A DNA stretch of 64,000 nucleotides, taken from assembly GCA_963761335.1 (NCBI GenBank), contig CAVXGR010000011.1, positions 128,001 to 192,000 of the forward strand, read 5' to 3'. The position numbers were made by a program, and so were the translations under genes. This document shows, in pieces, positions 36,558 to 43,356 of this stretch; within the stretch, counting starts at the first letter, position 1, and the number at the start of each line of letters is the position of its first letter. The notes beneath the pieces were generated by a model. The model searched no databases. It was not told where the DNA came from and was given only the letters and a program-made list of their open reading frames with translations. This stretch comes from an uncultured delta proteobacterium. GTDB taxonomy: Bacteria; Desulfobacterota; Binatia; HRBIN30; BPIQ01.

Positions 36558-37763
36558 ATGTTGCTGCCGGCCAGCGCCACTCCCAACGCCGCGCGTCTCG
36601 TGTCCGGGCGCGCTCTGCGCGGCTTTGCGGACGGCTTCGTGAGCGTCTACCTCGCCGAGTACCTGCAGCTCCTCGGCTTCTCCGCCCTGCAGGTCGGCGC
36701 CATCGTCACCACCACGCTGCTCGGCTCGGCGACGCTGACTCTCCTCGTCGGCCTGGTCGCGCACCGCGTATCGCCGCGGCGCATTCTGCTGGCGGCGGCG
36801 GTGCTGATGCTGGCGACGGGCATCGGCTTCGCCCTGGTCGGTGACTTCTGGCCGCTGCTCCTGGTCGCCTTCGCGGGCACGCTCAATCCGAGCGCCGGCG
36901 ACGTGAGCGTCTTCCTGCCGACCGAGCAGTCGCTTCTCGCCGGCGAGGTCGCCGCCGGCGAGCGCACCGCTCTATTCGCCCGCTACACTCTCGGCGGGGC
37001 GCTGTTGGGCGCCTTCGGGGCCCTGGCGAGCGGACTGCCGGAGGTCGCCGCCCACCGGCTCGGATGGAGCCTGGTCGCCTCGTTCCGCGCCGGCTTTGCC
37101 CTCTACGGAGGTGTCGCCATCGCCATCGCCGCGCTCTACGTCTCCTTGACGTCGGCGGCGCCCGCAGCCGCCTCGGGCGGCGCGCCGCTGCGGCGCTCGC
37201 GTCCGATCGTCCTGCGGCTGACGGCGCTGTTCTCGCTCGACTCCTTCGGCGGCGGCTTCGCCGTCGACTCGATGCTCGCCCTGTGGCTCCTGCTGCGCTT
37301 CGATCTGCCGCTGCCGGCGGCGGCGAGCGTCTTCTTCGGGGCGCGAGCGCTGTCCGCGTTTTCACAGCTCGTCTCGCCGCGCCTGGCGGCGCGCTTCGGC
37401 CTGATCGAGACCATGGTGTTCACGCATATCCCCGCCAACATCTTCCTGATTCTCGCCGCCTTCATGCCCAGCGCGCCGCTGGCGATCGCCTTTCTGCTCC
37501 TGCGCATGGCCTTCTCGCAGATGGACGTGCCGGCGCGGCAGTCGTACGTGATGGCCGTCGTGCCCCCCGAGGAGCGCGCCGCCGCCGCCAGCGTCACCAA
37601 CGTCCCGCGCAGCCTCGCCGCGGCGCTGTCGCCGCTGCTCGCCGGGGCGCTCCTGCAGCAGTCGACTTTCGGCTGGCCTCTGGTCGCCGGAGGGTCGATG
37701 AAGCTGATCTACGACCTGCTGCTCCTGGCCATGTTCCGCCGCGTCCGTCCCCCGGAGGAGTGA
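36558..37763 (+). CDS. MFS transporter
   Basis: About 12 hydrophobic segments; motifs RALRGFADG, NPSAGDVSVFLP, FSLDSFGGG and SQMDVPARQSY. Confidence 0.9.
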   Translation: MLLPASATPNAARLVSGRALRGFADGFVSVYLAEYLQLLGFSALQVGAIVTTTLLGSATLTLLVGLVAHRVSPRRILLAAAVLMLATGIGFALVGDFWPLLLVAFAGTLNPSAGDVSVFLPTEQSLLAGEVAAGERTALFARYTLGGALLGAFGALASGLPEVAAHRLGWSLVASFRAGFALYGGVAIAIAALYVSLTSAAPAAASGGAPLRRSRPIVLRLTALFSLDSFGGGFAVDSMLALWLLLRFDLPLPAAASVFFGARALSAFSQLVSPRLAARFGLIETMVFTHIPANIFLILAAFMPSAPLAIAFLLLRMAFSQMDVPARQSYVMAVVPPEERAAAASVTNVPRSLAAALSPLLAGALLQQSTFGWPLVAGGSMKLIYDLLLLAMFRRVRPPEE

Positions 37764-37800
37764 GAAACGTTCCTCGCCGTTTTCCAGCAGACTCTGCCCC

Positions 37801-38820
37801 CCCGGGGCGGAGAGTAACGCAGAGGCGCAAAGCCGCAGAGCCGGGCTGCGAGAAACGGACTATTCAGCTCTAGCCGATCGGGAACGGGAGACGTGCGGTC
37901 AGGATCTGTTACTGGTTCTGAGCGATCGCCAGAGCGCATCGCCGGCTCTCGGCAGCCCGGCTCTGCGTCTTCGCGCCTTTGCGTTCCATCACGCACCCGA
38001 CGGAACCCGCCAACCCTGGAGCCCCGGGGCGGAGAGAAACGCAGAGGCGCAAAGCCGCAGAGCCGGGCTGCGAGAAACGGACTATTCAGCTCTAGCCGAT
38101 CGGGAACGGGAGACGTGCGGTCAGGATCTGTTACTGGTTCTGAGCGATCGCCAGAGCGCAATCGCCGGCTCTCGGCAGCCCGGCTCCGCGTCTTCGCGCC
38201 TTTGCGTTCCATCACGCACCCGACGGAACCCGCCAACCCTGGAGCCTGCTGCTCGCCGGGCGCTCCCGCAGCAGTCGACTTTCGGCTGGCCTCTGGTCGC
38301 CGGCGGCTCGATGAAGCTGATCTACGACCTGCTGCTCCTGGCCATGTTCCGCCGCGTCCGCCTCCCGGGGCGGAGAGAAACGCAGAGGCGCAAAGCCGCA
38401 GAGCCGGGCTGCGAAGCGGACCATTCAGCTCTAGCCGATCGGGAACGGGAGACGTGCGGTCAGGATCTGTTACTGGTTCTGAGCGATCGCCAGAGCGCAA
38501 TCGCCGGCTCTCGGCAGCCCGGCTCTGCGTCTTCGCGCCTTTGCGTTCCATCACGCACCCGACGGAACCCGCCAACCCGGGAGCCCCGGGGCGGAGAGAA
38601 ACGCAGAGGCGCAAAGCCGCAGAGCCGGGCTGCGAGAAACGGACTATTCAGCTCTAGCCGATCGGGAACGGGAGACGTGCGGTCAGGATCTGTTACTGGT
38701 TCTGAGCGATCGCCAGAGCGCATCGCCGGCTCTCGGCAGCCCGGCTCCGCGTCTTCGCGCCTTTGCGTTCCATCACGCAGCCGATGGAACCCGCCAACCC
38801 TGGAGCCTGCTGCTCGCCGG
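37801..38820. repeat. Tandem array of four ~222-bp hairpin-forming units interrupted by a copy of the MFS 3' end
   Basis: Units start with CCCGGGGCGGAGAG at 37801, 38023, 38364 and 38585 and are nearly identical. 38246-38363 duplicates about 37634-37750. Confidence 0.92.
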
Positions 38821-38884
38821 GAAACCGAGCCACGCCCGGGGAACCTTCGTTGACTTGCCTCCTGCCCCTTGTTAGTCGCCGACA

Positions 38885-40270
38885 ATGTCCGTCCGCACCC
38901 GTTTTGCGCCGAGCCCGACCGGATTTCTCCACATCGGCGGCGCCCGCACCGCCCTCTTCAACCACCTCTTCGCGCGCCATCACGGCGGCGTCTTCATCCT
39001 CCGCATCGAGGACACCGACGCGGCGCGCTCGACGCCGGAAGCGGTGGAGGCGATCCTCGACGGCATGCGCTGGCTGGAGCTCGATTGGGACGAGGGGCCG
39101 TTCCGCCAGACGGAGCGCGGCGACATCTACCGCGAGCACGCCGAGCGCCTGCTGCGCCGCGGCGCGGCGTACTGGTGCGCGTGCAGCTCCGAGGAGCTCG
39201 AGGCGAAGCGCAAGGTGGCCATGGCCGCAGGCCGTAAGGCGATGTACGACGGCACCTGCCGCGACGCCAATCACCAGCCGGGCGAGCGGCGGCTGGCTCT
39301 GCGCTTCCGCGCCCCCCACGAGGGCGAGACGGCGTTCAACGACATGGTGCGCGGGCCCATCGCCTTTCAGAACCAGGAGCTGGAAGACCTGGTGCTGGTG
39401 CGCTCCAACGGCATCCCGACCTACAACTTCTGCGTCGTCGTCGACGATGCGCTCATGCGGGTGACCCACCTGATCCGCGGCGAGGACCACATCCCCAACA
39501 CCCCGAAGCAGATCCAGCTGTATCGCGCCCTCGACTACCCGCTTCCCGAGTTCGCGCACCTGCCGCTCATCCTGGGGCTCGACCGCGCCCGCCTGAGCAA
39601 GCGCCACGGCGCCACCTCGGTCACCGCCTACCGCGAGGAGGGATATCTGCCGCACGCCCTGGTCAACTATCTCGCCCGCCTCGGCTGGTCGCACGGCGAT
39701 CAGGAGCTGTTCACCCGCGCCGAGCTGATCGAGTACTTCGACCTCGAGCACATCGCCAGCGCCGCCGGCGTCTTCAATCCGGAGAAGCTGCAGTGGGTCA
39801 ACTTCAACTACATCAAGGCCATGGCGCCCGCGGAGCTGGCGGCGGCGATCAAGCCGTTCATCGCCGAGAAGGGCTATCGCGCCCCCGGCGACGACGCCTG
39901 GCTGGCGGCGATGGCGAAGACGCTACAGGAGCGCGCCAAGACCTTCGTCGAGCTGGTGGAGATGGCGCACTTCTACCTGTCCGACGACATCGCCATCGAC
40001 CCGGCCGCGGCCGCCAAGCACCTGCATCCGAACCTCGAGGTGCTGGCCGCCGTTCGCGAAGGCCTGGCGGCGCTGCCGCAGTGGACGGAGGAGGCAATCA
40101 AGAGCGTCTTCGAAGCCGCGCAGCAACGCTTCCAGGTCGGTCTCGGCAAGGTCGCCCAGCCGGTGCGCGTCGCCCTCACCGGCGGTACCGTCTCACCGGG
40201 GATCTTCGAGGTCATCGCCGTCCTCGGCAGGGAGCGGACACTGGCAAGGCTCGGTTCAGTAGCTCAGTAG
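38885..40270 (+). CDS. gltX: Glutamate--tRNA ligase
   Basis: Motifs RFAPSPTGFLHIGG (HIGH), LRIEDTD, IRGEDH and LSKRHG (KMSKS). Confidence 0.97.
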   Translation: MSVRTRFAPSPTGFLHIGGARTALFNHLFARHHGGVFILRIEDTDAARSTPEAVEAILDGMRWLELDWDEGPFRQTERGDIYREHAERLLRRGAAYWCACSSEELEAKRKVAMAAGRKAMYDGTCRDANHQPGERRLALRFRAPHEGETAFNDMVRGPIAFQNQELEDLVLVRSNGIPTYNFCVVVDDALMRVTHLIRGEDHIPNTPKQIQLYRALDYPLPEFAHLPLILGLDRARLSKRHGATSVTAYREEGYLPHALVNYLARLGWSHGDQELFTRAELIEYFDLEHIASAAGVFNPEKLQWVNFNYIKAMAPAELAAAIKPFIAEKGYRAPGDDAWLAAMAKTLQERAKTFVELVEMAHFYLSDDIAIDPAAAAKHLHPNLEVLAAVREGLAALPQWTEEAIKSVFEAAQQRFQVGLGKVAQPVRVALTGGTVSPGIFEVIAVLGRERTLARLGSVAQ

Positions 40271-40393
40271 CTCAGTGGCTCGGTTTTCGGGTTGTCGGGT
40301 TTGCGGGTTTCAGCAACTCGAGAAGCCGTGAACCCGGCAACTGAGAGAGTAACTGAGAAACCGAGCAACATTCTCTCTCCGCCTGCGGCGGAG

Positions 40394-40421
40394 AGAGAAT
40401 GGTCCCAAGGGGAATCGAACC
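40394..40421. repeat. att site (distal copy; duplicated 3' fragment of tRNA-Glu)
   Basis: AGAGAATGGTCCCAAGGGGAATCGAACC is identical to 48026-48053. Confidence 0.93.
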
Positions 40422-40604
40422 TGACTCTCAACGCCACGATGGCGGCGCCGAATCTACAGCAACTACCGAGAATCACGACGGGAACGCGCCCGATGCCGAT
40501 GGAGCGGCAAGATCCGAAACGACCCGAAAATGACCCCAGGAGGCGGCGAAAGTGGTGACCGTCACCAAGCCTTTGAGGGATGCCGTGGCGCATAAGGGCG
40601 CAGA

Positions 40605-40985
40605 ATGGCGCACCTGACACCGCGGCAGCAACAAGCGATTGTGGCGCTGCTGACGACACCGGACCAAACCGCGGCAGCGGCGGCGTGTGGCATCAGCCGC
40701 CGGACCCTAACACGCTGGCTGGGATCGCCAGAGTTTCGTGACGCGTATCGGCTTGCCAGTCAGCGACGGCTAGCGGACACCATTGGACTGCTGCGGGCGA
40801 CCGCCGCTGAGGCATTAGCAGCGTTGCGCACGGCCCTACAGGCAAGCAGCGATCACGTGAAGGTGCGCGCGGCCGTTGCCCTGCTCGAACTCGCCGTCAA
40901 GGTCGAGGCGGATGATCTGGCGAGGCGAGTGGCGGCACTGGAAGAAGCACAGATGAAACGAGGAACACAAGATGGGACTGGCTGA
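40605..40985 (+). CDS. Helix-turn-helix DNA-binding protein (small-terminase-like architecture)
   Basis: LTPRQQQAIVALL..AAAAACGISRRTLTRWL..PEF HTH, followed by a helical coiled C-terminus (LARRVAALEE). Confidence 0.7.
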   Translation: MAHLTPRQQQAIVALLTTPDQTAAAAACGISRRTLTRWLGSPEFRDAYRLASQRRLADTIGLLRATAAEALAALRTALQASSDHVKVRAAVALLELAVKVEADDLARRVAALEEAQMKRGTQDGTG

Positions 40986-41145
40986 CCGCGTCCGACGCCT
41001 CGAACGGGCCGGCGACGAGCGCCTAGACGCACAGATCGAAGCCGCGAGGCGCCGCCTTGGGGAGAAGACCTTCGAGGCGACCTTGCGCGACGTTGAAGCC
41101 GAGCTGCAACAGGAAGAAGCACGCCACCACATGAATACGGAATAA
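40972..41145 (+). CDS. Small hypothetical helical protein (57 aa; below the ORF-track cutoff)
   Basis: ATG 40972 with GAGGA Shine-Dalgarno; MGLADRVRRLERAGDERLDAQIEAARRRLGEKTFEATLRDVEAELQQEEARHHMNTE-TAA. Confidence 0.55.
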   Translation: MGLADRVRRLERAGDERLDAQIEAARRRLGEKTFEATLRDVEAELQQEEARHHMNTE

Positions 41146-41193
41146 TAATTCTTCAGAATTACTGTTGCCAAGGCGCGTTTTGTGCCTTATATT
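41146..41193 (+). promoter_or_regulatory. Sigma70-like promoter with an upstream palindrome, ahead of the serine recombinase gene
   Basis: TAATTCT-TC-AGAATTA palindrome (41146-41161), then TTGCCA-N17-TATATT (41165-41193). Confidence 0.55.
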
Positions 41194-41219
41194 CCAGGCG
41201 AAAGGCGGAAGATAACGCG

Positions 41220-41921
41220 ATGGCAAACACAGCAAAAGCAGTCAGCTACCTTCGAGTTTCCGGCAAGGGTCAAGTCGACGGCGATGGGTTCCCGCGGCAG
41301 CGAGAAACAATCGAGCGCTACGCGAGCGCGGCAGGCTTCGAGCTGGTCGGGGAGTATCGCGACGAGGGCGTGAGCGGCACCAAGGACCTCGACGATCGCG
41401 AAGGGCTCTCCGATCTGCTCGCGCGGATTCGCTCCAACGGCGTGCGCATCGTCATCGTTGAGCGCGCCGACCGGCTGGCCCGTGATCTGATAGTCGGCGA
41501 GCTGATCTTGAATCAGCTGCGCGAGCTGGGCGTCAAGGTCATTGCCGCAGACTCGGGCACGGAGTTGACGGCCGGCGATGATGACCCGACCCGGACCCTG
41601 ATCCGCCAGGTTCTCGGCGCCGTGGCTCAGTTTGAAAAGGCCGTGATCGTGTCGAAGCTGAAGGCCGCACGCGTTCGCAAACGTCGCGCCGAAGGCCGTT
41701 GCGAGGGCCGCAAGCCATTCGGTACCCGCCCGGGTGAGGCCGAAGTCGTGGCACTGATTCACAAGTTGCGCCGGAAACCCCGCGGCGGGGAGCGGCTGAG
41801 CTTCGCTGCTATCGCGCAGCGGCTAAACGCGGAACGGCGGCCGACGCGTACCGGCAAGCCGTGGGCTCCAGAAACGGTGCGGCAGATTGCCATGCGAAAG
41901 TCAGCCGTGAAGCGCGGATAA
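41220..41921 (+). CDS. Serine recombinase (resolvase/invertase catalytic domain plus short C-terminal DNA-binding domain)
   Basis: Motifs YLRVS (catalytic Ser), YRDEGVSG, DRLARD, AVAQFEK, GRKPFG and IAQRLNAE...W. Confidence 0.9.
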   Translation: MANTAKAVSYLRVSGKGQVDGDGFPRQRETIERYASAAGFELVGEYRDEGVSGTKDLDDREGLSDLLARIRSNGVRIVIVERADRLARDLIVGELILNQLRELGVKVIAADSGTELTAGDDDPTRTLIRQVLGAVAQFEKAVIVSKLKAARVRKRRAEGRCEGRKPFGTRPGEAEVVALIHKLRRKPRGGERLSFAAIAQRLNAERRPTRTGKPWAPETVRQIAMRKSAVKRG

Positions 41922-41962
41922 ACGGCTGAGAACCGCGCCGCGGAGGCAGGCCGATGAAGCGG

Positions 41963-42454
41963 TCAGGGCCCGTACATGGTCACGATACCCACCGCGGCTA
42001 TGTCGGAGACCTTGGTGTCGTCGAGTGCGTGCTCCGCCTTCCCGGTGAGGTGCTTCTTGCTCGTCGCGCTGTCGATGAAGTCGACCAGCTTCACGGCGAG
42101 CGGCCGGAGGTCGTCGACGGTCCGGAGCTTCCTGCCGATGGACGGCTTGAGCCTGCCGGAGTTCCACACGGCCGTCAGGAAGTCCGCCGCAGTGGCGAGC
42201 TTGTCGGGAGGCGTTCCACTACGCCATTCTCGCACCGTCGCCTTCTGGAGAGTCCCGCCGTCGTACCAGGCCGCGGGGCTGGGCGAGTCGTTCCAGTGGA
42301 GGGCGATGAAGGCAGCAGCGATGATGACGAGCAGCACGAGGCAGCCCTGGGCCGCCTCTTTCGGCTTCCCTCCGCGCTCGATATCGCGCCGCGTCTTCGC
42401 GCGCAGCTCTTCTTCCTCCACGATCTTGGCGCGTTCCTCGTCGGTGAGGGCCAT
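41963..42454 (-). CDS. Single-pass membrane protein of unknown function (element cargo)
   Basis: Charged N-terminus, TM segment GCLVLLVIIAAAFIAL, and a soluble domain WYDGGTLQKATVREW...DKLATAADF. Confidence 0.65.
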   Translation of the reverse strand: MALTDEERAKIVEEEELRAKTRRDIERGGKPKEAAQGCLVLLVIIAAAFIALHWNDSPSPAAWYDGGTLQKATVREWRSGTPPDKLATAADFLTAVWNSGRLKPSIGRKLRTVDDLRPLAVKLVDFIDSATSKKHLTGKAEHALDDTKVSDIAAVGIVTMYGP

Positions 42455-42651
42455 AGGATGCACCTTTGCAGGCTTTCTGGGGAATTTGTCAAACGTCAAA
42501 GGTCGCCGCGAGTTCACGCTAGCGGCGGCTCCATGCTACAGCGCGAAATGACGGGGAAGAGGCCGAGGATCGCGAGCCGAAGAGCCGGAACCGTCCCGGT
42601 CTGCCGCGGTGTTGTTATAACCTCGACGGAGCACCAAGACGGAGGTGCACA

Positions 42652-43020
42652 GTGACTCGCAAATCTCGTCCGCCCGGGAGGCCGAAGAGCAAACGGCCGC
42701 CGAAGGCCAAGCAAAAGCCCCCGCGCACTGCCGTCCTCGAACCGATTCGCGATGTTTTGCCTCCGTGGACGGACCACCTCAGGCCTGTCTATGCCGAGAA
42801 GCGCGTGCCGCTGCGTATGAACAAGATTCACAAGGAACAGTGTCGCGCGAGCGTCGAGGCCTGGTTGGCGCAAGACCCGGCACTGACAATCGAAGAAGCC
42901 GTGAGGCGGTTGCACGCTACGGGTTTCAACTACAGCGCCGGACAGATGCGCCGGTGGATCAAAGACAAATGCTTCGACCACAGGCCGGGGCGTCGCCCCA
43001 GGTGTCGCAAAATAAACTAG
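42652..43020 (+). CDS. Hypothetical basic protein, possibly DNA-binding
   Basis: GGAGG Shine-Dalgarno before GTG; Lys/Arg-rich; LTIEEAVRRL...YSAGQMRRWI resembles an HTH. Confidence 0.5.
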   Translation: MTRKSRPPGRPKSKRPPKAKQKPPRTAVLEPIRDVLPPWTDHLRPVYAEKRVPLRMNKIHKEQCRASVEAWLAQDPALTIEEAVRRLHATGFNYSAGQMRRWIKDKCFDHRPGRRPRCRKIN

Positions 43021-43080
43021 CGCCCACACGACCGAGGCGCTAATTTTTCTTCGCGCTGCGTCGTGCCAGATTCTCGGGGC

Positions 43081-43356
43081 ATGACGACTGAACTGCTCAC
43101 TGAAACCGAAGCGGCGCGGGTGCTCAGGCTCGCGGTCACGACACTGAGACGCTGGCGCTATTCAGGCCGGGGCCCCGTATGGCACAAGATCGGCCACCTC
43201 GTTCGGTACGACGCCGCGGAGCTGCGCGAGTACATTGCGCACAATACGCGGCGCAGTACGCGCGGCTGTGGGGTGGCGGATGCAGGCTGCGGGGCGCACC
43301 AGCTGAACGCGCAACGTCAGCGGCGTGATGGTGACGATGACCCGCGCAGCCGCTGA
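43081..43356 (+). CDS. AlpA/excisionase-type (HTH_17) DNA-binding protein
   Basis: LLTETEAARVLRLAVTTLRRWRYSGRGPVWHKIGHLVRYD. Confidence 0.85.
   Translation: MTTELLTETEAARVLRLAVTTLRRWRYSGRGPVWHKIGHLVRYDAAELREYIAHNTRRSTRGCGVADAGCGAHQLNAQRQRRDGDDDPRSR

Noticed and set aside
37801..38820. Possible CRISPR array
   Set aside because: Units are ~222 bp and near-identical along their whole length, with no unique spacers, and there are no cas genes in the window.
38850..38878. gltX promoter TTGACT-N17-TAGTCG implying a leaderless mRNA
   Set aside because: The -10 element lacks the conserved final T; too weak to call without TSS data.
37709..38885. ORFs of 141-301 aa across the repeat array
   Set aside because: They are translations of the repeated hairpin DNA in several frames on both strands, with no protein-like features.
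40394..40421. Additional tRNA gene
   Set aside because: Only the T-arm and acceptor 3' strand are present; it is the att duplication.
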